From the NCBI RefSeq assembly GCF_001194135.2, contig NC_068982.1, forward strand, positions 187,070,605-187,129,648: a stretch of 59,044 nucleotides of DNA, written 5' to 3'. This document shows, one piece after another, positions 37,312-49,919 of this stretch. Below the pieces are notes generated by a model that worked only from the letters and a program-made list of their open reading frames with translations, made no database searches and was not told the origin of the DNA. The stretch comes from Octopus bimaculoides. Its lineage: Eukaryota. The position numbers and the translations under genes were made by a program. The first letter of the stretch is position 1. Each line of letters opens with the position of its first letter.

Positions 37312-37874
37312 CTGAAATTGAAAATGTATTTTTAAGTGACAAATACTTTCTTAGCATTTAAAATGTGGTTGTTTAGCCCCAGGTCAGCCCTGGTCAAATA
37401 AATGCACATCTATTATCAAAAGTATTCCGTCAGTGACCATCCTGTCTTTCTGTATATCTAGTTCAACATTATTGAATGTGTCCTTCTCTCATCTTAGGAT
37501 GCAGGCATTTCTGCATCATTGCATATTGTTAACAACAAAAACTATACACAAATTTTTATTGTTCCTATAAATATGAACTATCATTGTTATTGGGGCTGTG
37601 AAAGAGAAATGCGTGTGTCCTACAAACACATGAATGATGTCAGTCATAGCCCAATGTGCTTACACACATTTTGTTTGTGAGGAGAATTTTCTCCCAGAAC
37701 CATTTCTACAGCAAAGGGTCTTCTCACTTCTGATTGTATTCAAATATGTGAAATACTGTTGTACATGATTTGCATTAATTACGAAATGGTAACGAGTAAA
37801 AATTTTGTAAATATAATTATAAGCTTTCACTGTATACTGACTATAGAAGATAGTTTAATATTAGAGCATACAAT

Positions 37875-38215
37875 GTATGTATGTGTGTATGTATGTATGT
37901 ATGTATATATGTATATATGTATGTATGTATGTACGTATGTATGTATGTATGTATGTATGTACATATGTATGTATGTATGTACATATGTAAGTATGTATGT
38001 ATGTACATATGTACGTATGTATGTATGTACATTACATATGTACATATGTATGTACTTACATACGTATGTATGTATGTGTGTATGTATGTACATACATATG
38101 TATGTATGTATGAAAATTCTTGTATGTATGTATGTATGTATGTATGTACGTATATATGTATGTACGTACGTATGTATGTATGTATGTATGTACGTATGTA
38201 TGTATGTATGTATGA
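37875..38215. repeat. Long interrupted (TATG)n microsatellite in a PDZ-gene intron
   Basis: Direct inspection. Confidence 0.95.
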
Positions 38216-38353
38216 ATGAATGAATGATTGTGATTAATGAATGAATGATTGTGATGATTGTCCAACTCATGCCAGCATGGAAAGTGGATGTAAAAGTATG
38301 ATGATTAAGGATTGATGATAAAAAAAAGAAACAGACACATTCTAGGAACTCAC

Positions 38354-38464
38354 CTTAGTTTCAGGACGTTTTTCAAGGAATTTAGTTGTACAGGAACAGA
38401 TGTTATTTCCCATTGACCTCGGGTCAAAGGTCAGTACTGTCCATTGACCCTTTCTTCTGTTGAT
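38354..38464 (-). CDS. Upstream exon of the PDZ gene; open frame INRRKGQWTVLTFDPRS-MGNNICSCTTKFLEKRPETK, probable start ATG at 38413
   Basis: 111-nt exon with strong acceptor (ctttctccttttag) and gtgagt donor. Only frame 0 is open, and it joins the next exon in phase. Confidence 0.7.
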
Positions 38465-38812
38465 CTAAAAGGAGAAAGTTTAGACCATGAAATATTTTCA
38501 AAATATTCTCGTATACTCATTCATTGGTGTGGGGTGTGGCCTAACCTTTTGGACACCAATCCAACTGTGACCTCCCCTCTTTCTCCGATATGACAGAATC
38601 ATTAGCATGCCAGACTGGGGTTGGTGTAATGGATTTTATTATTTCTGGGTATGAGTACAAAAGAAAGAAGCCATTTTGAACCAGTGCGACAGAGAAGGCT
38701 CATCAAACCAGTAAGATGATCTCAAGCCCTTCTTTGGTGGGGAGAATATACAGAGGCTCTTGACTTGCAGTGGACTAAACATGGGCAATCCAATTGAATC
38801 CATATATATATA

Positions 38813-39215
38813 TCATCATCATCATCATCATCATCATCATCGTTTAACGTCTGCTTTCCATGCTAGCATGGGTTGGACGATTTGACTGAGGACTGGTGAA
38901 ACCAGATGGCTACACCAGGCTCCAATCTGATCTGGCAGAGTTTCTACAGCTGGAAGCCCTTCCTAATGCCAACCACTCAGAGAGTGTAGTGAGTGCTTTT
39001 ACGTGTCACCCGCACGAAGGCCAGTCAGGCGGTACTGGCAACAGCCATGCTCAAAATGGTGTATTTTATGTGCCACCCACACAAGGACCAGTCCAGGGGC
39101 ACTGGCACGATCTCGCTCGAAAATCCTTACACATGTCACGGGCACAAGTGCCAGAAAGGCGTTGCTGGGCACAGGTGCCATCCCGATTTCGCTTGCCCCA
39201 ATATGTCTTATTGTT
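38813..39215 (-). mobile_element. RTE 3'-UTR/tail fragment
   Basis: Near-identical to the copy at 441-890. Further copies at ~39873-40215(-) and 40472-40920(-). Confidence 0.85.
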
Positions 39216-39302
39216 GGCATCCTTTTTGTCTCGGGAGACAATGGAGTTGTGCATTAAATAATCCAGTCTGGTTTTTATATTTCATGTCCTAATACATCTC
39301 CT

Positions 39303-39865
39303 ACTGTGGCTCTGTAGTCCTATCCTTCACAAACACTCCCTCTGGCAGATGCCGCAAATGTAGCGAAGACTTTGCCTGGCTGGTTCTAATGTCATAGTTT
39401 CTTGTTGACGTCTTTTCTTGTCTTTCCACTTCTCCTCTCTCCCTCTGTCACTCCTTTGTGTTCCCTCTTCTATGGTGCGTCACCAATCTCCACGGTTGCT
39501 AGTAACCGCTTCCCAGTTACTAATACTGATGTCGCAGGCATTCATGTCCCTTTTGCAAACATCCTTGTATCGTAAGAACAGTCTTCCCACAGACTTAGTG
39601 CCCCTAGCAAGCTCTCCGTAGACTATGTCCTTGGGGATTATGCCATCTTCCATGCGACTAACATGTCCAAGCCATCTCATACGTCTTTGTGTGAGGAGTG
39701 CAAACATGCTTGGTATTCCTGCTTGCTTGAGGACATTTTTGTTGGGGACAGGATTCTACCATTTGATGCCAAGGATTTTCTGGAGGCAGCACAGGTGAAA
39801 GATATTTAGGCGATGCTCTTGGTGTGTGTATAGCGTCCAGGTCTCACTGCCATACAGTAGAGTGA
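39303..39865 (-). mobile_element. RTE-BovB-like LINE fragment
   Basis: LLYGSETWT..RLNIFHL.CL.KILGIKW and RRMRWLGHVSRMEDG.IPKDIVYGELA.G...GR..LRYKDVCKRDM. Confidence 0.8.
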
Positions 39866-41797
39866 TATATATATCATCATCATCGTCATCATTGTCATCA
39901 TCATTATTTAACGTCTGTTGTCCATGCTGGTGTGGGTTGGACAGTTTGACCAGAGTTGGCACGCTGGAAGGCTGTGCCAGACTCTAGTCTGATTTGGCAT
40001 GGTCTCTACGTCTGAATGCCCTTCCTAACACCAACTCCAAGAGTGTAATGGGTGCTTTTACATTCCACTGGCACAAGTACCACTTGTGTGATACCAGTGT
40101 CTGCCAAGACTATGATTTCGCTTGGCTTGACAGGTTTTCTAAAGCATGGCATATCGCCAAAGGTCTTGGTCACTAGTCATTGCCTCTGTGAGGCCCACAG
40201 TTCAAAGATCTTCACCATGAATAGATAGGCATTAGATTTGACAGAGTAATCTGAATGCTGAAGGGTTTAACTGGCCAGATCTGGCCTCTTACACCTAACC
40301 TACAATGTCATTCTAAAATTAACTGTTACCTCATCAAAATCTCAACTCTACGAGATAATGCAGGATTAATTCAAAACAATTTGATTAAATAAGAATTAAT
40401 TTTGACAGAGCAATCCATAATATTAAAGGATTAAAGGTCAGCTTACTCAGTTTATTATATATATGTATATATATCATCATCATCATCATCGTCGCCATTT
40501 AACGTCCGCTTTCCATGCTGGCATGGGTTGGACAGTTTGACCGAGGCTGCACCAGTCACCAATCTGATCTGGCAAAGTTTCTACAGTTAGATGCCCTTCC
40601 TAATACCAGCCACTCCGAGAGTGTAGTGGGTGCTTTTTATGTGCCACTCTGGTGGTACTGGCATCAACCACGCTTGAATGGTGCTTCTTACATTTTACGT
40701 GCCACCAGCATGGGAGCCAGTCAGGCGGCACTGGCATTGACCATGTTTGAATGCTGCTTTTTATGTGCCAATCAGGCAATACTGGCATCGGCCATGACAA
40801 TGGTTTCACTTGACTCAACAGGCGTTCTCAAGCGCAGTTTATTACCCAATGATTGAAGGGTACTCTTAAATGGGCTGGTTATGCTGCACTGGCAGAGGCC
40901 ACGGTTACGATCTCACTTGGCTATATATAAGTGCAGGCATGTCTGTGTGGTAACAAGCTTGCTTTCCAACCACATGGTTCTGAGTTCAGTCCCACTGCAT
41001 GGAACCTAGGGCAAGTGTCTTCTAGTATTACCTCAGGCTGACCAAAGCCTCGTGAGTCGATTCGGTAGATGGAAACTGAAAGAATATATATATATATATA
41101 TTCTTTTATTCTTTTAATTGTTTCAGTCATTTGACTGTGGCNNNNNNNNNNCTTTTATTCTTTTAATTGTTTCAGTCATTTGACTGTGGCCATGCTGGAG
41201 CACCGCCTTTAGTCGAACAAATTGACCCCAGGACTTATTCTCAGTAAGCCTAGTACTTATTCTATCGGTCTCGTAAGATATCTGCTAAGATATGGGGACG
41301 TAAACACACTGGCATCTGTTGTCAGGCAATGGTTGGGGGATAAACACACACAAACACGTGCGCGCGCGCACACACACACGCATACACACACATACACAAT
41401 GAGCTTCTTTCAGTTTACATCTACCAAATCCACTCAGAAGGCTTTGGTTGGCCTGAGGCTATAGTAGAAGACACTTGCCCAAGGTGCCACACAGTAGGAC
41501 TGAACCCGGAACCATGTGGTTGGGAAGCAAGCTTCTTACCACACAGTATGTATGTATGTATGTATGTATCCATGTGTGTGTGTGTGTGTATGTGTATCTT
41601 TGAGTCTGTGTTTGTCCTCCATCACTGCTTGACAACCAATGTTGGTATGTTTACGTCCCCCGTAACGAAGCAGTTTGGCAATAGAGACTGATACAATAAG
41701 CACTAGGCTTACAAAGAATAAGTCCTGGTGTCGATTTGTTCGATTAAAGGCAGTGCTCCAGCATGGCTACAGTCAAATAAATGAAACAAATAAAAGA

Positions 41798-41843
<46 letters not shown>

Positions 41844-42629
41844 CACACTGTCTAAATACCAATCTTGAGAAATTAGGCTTCTGAAAATCAGAAAGGAGAA
41901 AGCTAATTCGAAGACTACAGATCCAAGTAATCAATGGAACTGTAAAAATCTGTAAAAGTTTCCAGAAGTTTATCATTTAAATATATATATGAGCATGTTT
42001 AGATATGCAACTATATGCATGAGAATATATGCATAAAACATACAAATCTGCACATATACATACATACATACATACATACATACATACATACATACATACA
42101 TAGATGCTGTTCGGAAAACTTTAACATCTGGTAATTCCCTTAATTTTCATCCCTTTTCAGATTTAATATCTTAGAAATAATAAAGGGAGCCACATTGAGC
42201 TTTGAACAAAGGAAATTTAGCCGAAAGTGCTACTGCAAGTTTGAAAACAGTGAAAGTGCAAAGGTGGGAGTATCAGAGAGATCCATCTGTGCAACTTGAA
42301 TGAGAGACGAGTTTGATCATCCGTTCAGAATGGTCACAAGAAATGTTCTGGAAGTCTGCAGACAACGATGAACCTTGCAAAGCAAGAAAGAATGATATTA
42401 CAGGAGATGAAGAAAATCTGTGTTTGATGCGGGACAGACATCAGACATTTCAAATTCAAACACCCACCGCACTTTGAAGTAGTAGTAGCAGTAGTTTTTG
42501 TCAATATTTCTATTGTTGCAACAACATTCACTGTAATCTGTTAATGTTGTTGCTGTTATTATTGATGTTGTTAATGTTGAAACTGCTTTTGTTGGTGTTG
42601 TTGTTGATACAAACATTGGTGTTATTAAT

Positions 42630-42910
42630 CATTTGCTGTGGAGAGATACAATAATGGAGAGGTACAGCTGTACAGAGGTACTGCCTTAGGAAGGTACTGT
42701 TGTGTGTTGCGGGGGGGGGGTCTTACTGAGCAAAGAGGTGCTGTTTGGAGTGGTACAGCTGTGGAGGGGTACAGCTATGAAGAGCTACATATGTGGAGAG
42801 GTACTGTGCTAAAAAGGTACTGTTGTAGAGAGAGGTACTGTGGTAGAGAGGTACTATTATAGAGACGTAGCATTGTGGAGAGAGGCACTGCTATTTTGGA
42901 GAGGCCATGT
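42630..42910. repeat. Degenerate minisatellite (gtggagaggtactg-like unit)
   Basis: Repeated aggtac/gagagg motifs at roughly 17-20-bp spacing. Confidence 0.6.
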
Positions 42911-43784
42911 GTGAAGGGCTAATGTTAGGAAAGACAATAATATATGAAGAAGATACAGACCTTTAATAATATTCACAACAACGGTGTCTTAGTCCTTTAT
43001 AGATTTCCAAAATCCTTTGGTGGGTTGTTGCATTGATATTTTATAAAGTGTCATCAACGAAACAACAGAACAGAAAACAATGTTTAAAATACAAGAATCC
43101 AGAAACATGTAGCAACTGTTTGAGTAAATGGCAGACATCACATCTTCATCTATTTGTTCCTCAATTTGTCATCTGAATAATTTTATATTCAGGACTGATG
43201 TGTTAAAGTCATACAGAAAATTAGGACATTCAGAAAAACAATTCCAGTGGCCCCTAAAATAACAGGTTTTTCTTTATATATAATTTAGAACAGTTTTCTA
43301 TGTATCTACTGGACATGTGTGACTTCTTGAATATAACTAAACACTGTATTTCATTCATGGTGGATTTCCTTAATCTGTCCAAATACATTGAGGTAATTAT
43401 CATTATCAATCAGTATTATGTTGTGGGATTATTGTTTGAGATTACTGCTTTTGTTTATTTGTTAAGAATTTTAAACACTCTTCTGTTAATCCAATGTCGA
43501 GGGATTAATACTGCAACTAACATTTCGCTCTCGGCTTCATTGTGTTTGTATCTGTTTCGTATCAAATACTTTGTGGTTGACAGCAATCAAACAGTGCAGA
43601 TCCATCACTTTTGTAACCCTCGCTTCCCTTGCTATTCATCCATCGTCCTTTAGAATATCTACTTACGCACACACATACATACATACATGTATGTAGATAG
43701 ATATATAGATATACACACACACACATACATATATGTATATATGTATATACAAATTTGTATATACATATATACATATATGTATAT

Positions 43785-43819
<35 letters not shown>

Positions 43820-44690
43820 NNNNNNNNNNNNNNNNNNNNNNNNNNNNNNNNNNNNNNNNNNNNNNNNNNNNNNNNNNNNNNNNNNNNNNNNNNNNNNNNN
43901 NNNNNNNNNNNNNNNNNNNNNNNNNNNNNNNNNNNNNNNNNNNNNNNNNNNNNNNNNNNNNNNNNNNNNNNNNNNNNNNNNNNNNNNNNNNNNNNNNNNN
44001 NNNNNNNNNNNNNNNNNNNNNNNNNNNNNNNNNNNNNNNNNNNNNNNNNNNNNNNNNNNNNNNNNNNNNNNNNNNNNNNNNNNNNNNNNNNNNNNNNNNN
44101 NNNNNNNNNNNNNNNNNNNNNNNNNNNNNNNNNNNNNNNNNNNNNNNNNNNNNNNNNNNNNNNNNNNNNNNNNNNNNNNNNNNNNNNNNNNNNNNNNNNN
44201 NNNNNNNNNNNNNNNNNNNNNNNNNNNNNNNNNNNNNNNNNNNNNNNNNNNNNNNNNNNNNNNNNNNNNNNNNNNNNNNNNNNNNNNNNNNNNNNNNNNN
44301 NNNNNNNNNNNNNNNNNNNNNNNNNNNNNNNNNNNNNNNNNNNNNNNNNNNNNNNNNNNNNNNNNNNNNNNNNNNNNNNNNNNNNNNNNNNNNNNNNNNN
44401 NNNNNNNNNNNNNNNNNNNNNNNNNNNNNNNNNNNNNNNNNNNNNNNNNNNNNNNNNNNNNNNNNNNNNNNNNNNNNNNNNNNNNNNNNNNNNNNNNNNN
44501 NNNNNNNNNNNNNNNNNNNNNNNNNNNNNNNNNNNNNNNNNNNNNNNNNNNNNNNNNNNNNNNNNNNNNNNNNNNNNNNNNNNNNNNNNNNNNNNNNNNN
44601 NNNNNNNNNNNNNNNNNNNNNNNNNNNNNNNNNNNNNNNNNNNNNNNNNNNNNNNNNNNNNNNNNNNNNNNNNNNNNNNNNNNNNNNNNN

Positions 44691-45246
44691 GCTTTTCATG
44701 TGCCACCAGCACGGGAGCCAATCCGTGGCCCTGGCAACGATCATGCTCGGATGTGCATTTAACATTCCACTGGCACGAGTGCCAATCAGGCGGTACTGTC
44801 ATCGGCCACGTCAGCAATTTTGATTTGATTTCACTTGCCTCAATAGGTCTTCACAAGCAAGGTTTATTGTCCAATGAATGATGGGTATTCATAAATGGGC
44901 TGGTTACACCCACTGGCATAGGCCATGGGCTATGATCTCACTTGGCTTATCGGGTCTTCTCAATCACAGCATATCTCCAAAGGTCTTGGTCACTAGTCAT
45001 TGCCTTGATAAGGCCTAATGTTCGAGGGTCATGCTTCACCACCTCATCCCCGGTCTTCCTGGGTCTACCTCTTCTGCAGGTTCCCTCAGCTGCTACTGTG
45101 TGACACTTTTTCATTCACAACACATGTCCATACCAGCACAGTCGGCTCTCTTTCACACCACATCTGATGCTTCTTAAATCCAACTTTTCTCTCAGGGTAC
45201 TTACACTCTGTCGTGTATGCACACTGACATTACACATCCAGCAGAG
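44691..45246 (-). mobile_element. RTE LINE 3' fragment
   Basis: WMCNVSVHTRQSVSTLREKLDLRSIRCGV plus 3' UTR motifs. Confidence 0.85.
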
Positions 45247-45366
45247 CATATATACATATATGTATATATGTGTATGTTTGTGTATCTGTGTTTTTCCTCC
45301 CACCATCACTTGACAGCTGATGTTGGTGTGTTTACATCCTCATAATTTAGCAGTTTGGCGAAAGAG

Positions 45367-45407
<41 letters not shown>

Positions 45408-46196
45408 AGGCTTCTTTCATTTTCCATCTACCAAATCTACTCACAAGGCTTTGGTTGGCCCAAGGCTGTAGTAGAAGGCACTTGCCCAAGGTGTCATGCA
45501 GTGGAACTGAACCCAGAACTATGTGGTTGCTAAGCAAGCTTCTTACCACACAGCCACTCCTGCACCATAGTTAGTGTACATATTTCAACATTCTGCATCC
45601 AATTGCAATAATTCATGAATTAAAATTTCTTCCTTCTTCTCTATCCCTGATAGTTTAAGAGGGACTCTATAGGTCAAGAGTACTGGAGTCCCTATCTTAA
45701 CCGTATCGTACTGAACAGAGTACAGTTTAGCAGAGCAGAGTGCACTAGACGTTATATTTTACCTTGACACTTTTATTAATTAAAAATCTGTTCTTAAAAC
45801 AAGATAATCTGCTTAGAGCCATCCTATGTCGGTTAAATCAGCAAGATTAACAATAAACATTAACGATTGGAGATTTTTGTTTTTCCTTGACAGAATTCAA
45901 CGGGAGAAGTTTGTTGGGTTCAGATTAGAAATGAACGGGAAGGGAAGGAATGACCAGGCTGAGAGGTAAAGACTCGCCAGTACCTCTTATCGCCCATCTT
46001 TTACTTGTTTTAGTTTGCGGCCAGGCTGGGGCACCGACTCGTGGAGTTTTTGGCTGAATGAATCAATCCTGTACTTACTTTTTTTTTAAAGACCTGTTAC
46101 TTATTCTATCGGTGTATTTTGTCGAACCTCTACGCTACGGGGGACATAAATATATCAACACGGCTGTCAAGTGATGGTGGGGAACAAGCACAGACA

Positions 46197-46235
<39 letters not shown>

Positions 46236-46849
46236 TGAGCTTCTTTCAGTTTCCGTCTACTAAATCTACTCACAAGGCTTATGTTGGCAAACAATTTTTA
46301 CTCTACACTTTTAATTAAAGGAAAATAAAAATTGATTAATTGCTTACCGCAATTAATAAAAAAAAAAAAACAAGAAAAAAACTGATTTAAAGTTTTCCTT
46401 TACTGTTTAGGCACACCTCGAATTTAGCAGCGTGTATCAGTTCAAAATAAACATCGGTTATAAACAATTAATTTAAAGGAATTTTAAGGAACTGCACAGA
46501 AAATTTGCTCAATACTAGAAGTATATAAAGCAGTCGGACACTGCCTGAGGGCCCGGAGATCTGAGGGGCACGCGCTCTACATATTGATATCAATACTAAG
46601 GGACCCGGTAAACAGTTATGCTCGAGGGCCCTTAATACTCTCAGTCTGCCCCTGATATAAAGTAATAATAACTGTTTCAAATTTTGCTACAGCGATTTTA
46701 GGGGAGGGGTAAGATGAGTAGCTCGAGAAAATGAAAGATAAAGGCGACTTGGGCGGAGTTCGAACTCAGAACATGAAGAGCTGGAAGGAATTGAGTATTG
46801 CGTCCAGTCTGCAGTAACGATTCTGCCACCTCGCTACTAATGATTTAAT

Positions 46850-47280
46850 AATAAGGATTTCACATTTTTGCCACAAGGGCAGCTTAATGGTGATAGGGGA
46901 GGGAGGGATTAAGTTGATTACATCGACCCCAGTGAGTAACTGGTACTTATTTAATCGACCTCGAAGGATGAATAGCAAAGTCGACCTCAGCGAAAATTGG
47001 ACTCAGAACGTAGCGACGGGCGAAATCCCGCTCAGCATTTCGTCCGGCGTGCTAACGTTTCTTTTCTACTCTAGGCACAAGGCTCGAAATTTTGGGGGTA
47101 GGGGGCCAGTAGATTAGATCGACACCAGTACGCAACTGGTACTTAATTTATCGACCCCTAAAGGAAGAAAGGCAAAGTCGACCTCGGCGGAATTTGAACT
47201 CAGAATGTAAAGACAGACGAAATCCCGCTAAGCATTCCACCCGGTGTGCTAACGTTTCTGCTAGCGCGCTGCCTTAAACG
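46850..47280 (-). mobile_element. tRNA-derived SINE family B, nested copies
   Basis: ggcagaaacgttagca..gagttcaaattccgccgaggtcgac head and ..ccttgtgcctagagtagaaaag tail. Other copies at ~5165-5640, 8412-8860, 16850-17435, 20800-21005, 23200-24165, 30870-31075, 46680-46850, 48700-48860, 51275-51490. Confidence 0.88.
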
Positions 47281-47980
47281 ATTTAATAATAATAATAATA
47301 AGCTTATTTAGTGCTCATGTGCACTACAACATTTTGGATAAGGTTAAAAGAGGGGACAGGAAGGAACCATAAGTCAAATAAAGAGGGACAGCAATAAAAA
47401 TCAAAAGTGCATGTATAGGACATAGAATAGAACGCAATAGGACAGAAAAGTGAACATTAAAAGAACCATAAAGGGGAATGGATGCATAAGTACGTCAAGA
47501 CGGAGTTTACTCAATGCTTTGACAAATCTAATCACGAAAAACCGGTTCTGGAAGTCTTGGGTGCTGTGCTTTGGTTTTTCATTTATTTTATTTTATAGCA
47601 ATTCTAGGTTTTTATATTTCCGCATAAAATTAGCGCTTATAAATTACTCTTTTTTTAAAGGTAAATAAAAAGCATTAATCTTTATGGCAATCTGTTAATT
47701 TAAATAAATCATTTAATTTCATCTCTGATTCCAGATATGAGAAAGTAGCATGAAGTTTGCATTTATGCTTTTTAAAGATCAGGTTAAAAGCTTTGTAGCA
47801 TTATTGAACCAGAGTTACATCCCTTCAACTGATTCCCGTCAACAAATCTGATAATGTTCCTTGTTAGATTATAATAATCATCCCTTGTGTTACAGAACCG
47901 TTTAAAGCTGCAGCATAAAATTCCGTAACATGAAATATATGTTTCAGTGACTTCCCTGTTACATGGAAAATATGTTTCAC

Positions 47981-48140
47981 AGGAGTGACTTTGTGGTAAG
48001 TAGCTTGCTTACGAACCATATGGTTCTGGGTTCAGTCCCACTGCGTGGAACCTTGGGCAAGTGTCTTCTACTATAGCCTCGGGCCGACCAAAGCCTTGTG
48101 AGTGGATTTGGTAGACGGAAACTGAAAGAAGCCCGTCGTA

Positions 48141-48215
<75 letters not shown>

Positions 48216-48450
48216 ATATGTTTGTGTGTGTATATGTTTGTGTGTCTGTGTTTGTCCCCACAACATCGCTTGATAACTGATGCTGGTATGTTTACGTCCC
48301 CGTAACTTAGCGGTTCGGCAAAAGAGACCGATAGAATAAGTACTAGGCTTACAAAGAATAAGTCCTGGGGTCGATTTTCTCGACTAAAGGCGGTACTCCA
48401 GCATGGCCGCAGTCAAAGGACTGAAACAAGTAAAAGAGTAAAAGAGTAAA
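47981..48450 (+). mobile_element. tRNA-derived SINE family A, full-length copy with central (TA/TG)n microsatellite
   Basis: A/B-box-like head, central microsatellite, tail ..cagcatggccgcagtc..ctgaaacaagtaaaag. Other copies at ~6075-6235, 8872-9430, 21270-21680, 29325-29602, 30290-30830, 31080-31655, 31700-32030, 36315-36715, 40930-41790, 45250-45585, 45990-46290. Confidence 0.88.
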
Positions 48451-48986
48451 GAGTATCACAGAACTATGTTACGGCAAGATTTTGAGGACTGTAGCGCTTC
48501 CGTAACGCGAGTGTATTGATGTCTGACATGAAGGCATAAGTTTTGAGGGAGAGAATACAGTTGATTACATCAACCCAGGACTTACTACGGCTGTGTCGTC
48601 AAGAAGTTCCTTTCGCAGTCGACTGGTTTCGGGTTCCGTTCCACCGTGCGGTCTTTTGGACAATGCCTTCTGCAACAGTTCACACTGCAACTTATTTCAC
48701 GAACCCCGAAAAGACGAATGACAAAGTCGGCTTCTTTGCCTTTCATCCTTTCGGGGGTCGATAAAATAAGTACCAGTTATGCACTGGGTCGATGTGATCG
48801 ATTTACCCCCGCTCCCTCGAATTTTTGGCTTTGTGACAATATTTGAAACCAATATTAAGAAACAGACGATGAGAATGAGTTGAAGGTTTATTAGAAGTTG
48901 TCTCCCTTTGGTCAGTATTGAAATTGTCGCGAAATTAATTTTGTCCAGGATTTCTCGACCGTTTTTTGAAACCATGAACCACTTCA

Positions 48987-49034
<48 letters not shown>

Positions 49035-49798
49035 TGCCCACACACACACACACTCATACACAAAGTGAAATATGTGATCCTGGGTGTATTTTATTGAAAG
49101 GAAAAAGACGAGTTTGTCACGCTTGGAATGCCTTTCGTTAGATATCTTCTCAATCTCNNNNNNNNNNNNNNNNNNNNNNNNNNNNNNNNNNNNNNNNNNN
49201 NNNNNNNNNNNNNNNNNNNNNNNNNNNNNNNNNNNNNNNNNNNNNNNNNNNNNNNNNNNNNNNNNNNNNNNNNNNNNNNNNNNNNNNNNNNNNNNNNNNN
49301 NNNNNNNNNNNNNNNNNNNNNNNNNNNNNNNNNNNNNNNNNNNNNNNNNNNNNNNNNNNNNNNNNNNNNNNNNNNNNNNNNNNNNNNNNNNNNNNNNNNN
49401 NNNNNNNNNNNNNNNNNNNNNNNNNNNNNNNNNNNNNNNNNNNNNNNNNNNNNNNNNNNNNNNNNNNNNNNNNNNNNNNNNNNNNNNNNNNNNNNNNNNN
49501 NNNNNNNNNNNNNNNNNNNNNNNNNNNNNNNNNNNNNNNNNNNNNNNNNNNNNNNNNNNNNNNNNNNNNNNNNNNNNNNNNNNNNNNNNNNNNNNNNNNN
49601 NNNNNNNNNNNNNNNNNNNNNNNNNNNNNNNNNNNNNNNNNNNNNNNNNNNNNNNNNNNNNNNNNNNNNNNNNNNNNNNNNNNNNNNNNNNNNNNNNNNN
49701 NNNNNNNNNNNNNNNNNNNNNNNNNNNNNNNNNNNNNNNNNNNNNNNNNNNNNNNNNNNNNNNNNNNNNNNNNNNNNNNNNNNNNNNNNNNNNNNNNN

Positions 49799-49862
<64 letters not shown>

Positions 49863-49919
49863 AACTACTACTACTAATGATAATAATAATAATGATAATA
49901 ATAATAATAATAATAAGAA

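Noticed and set aside
42160-42630. Coding-looking stretch: minus-strand acceptor at ~42626 giving QMINNTNVCINNNTNKSSF..RLQ*, plus a strong plus-strand acceptor at 42160
   Set aside because: Every frame closes within ~35-75 codons, no phase-compatible donor, no recognisable domain. An alternative terminal exon cannot be excluded without RNA data.
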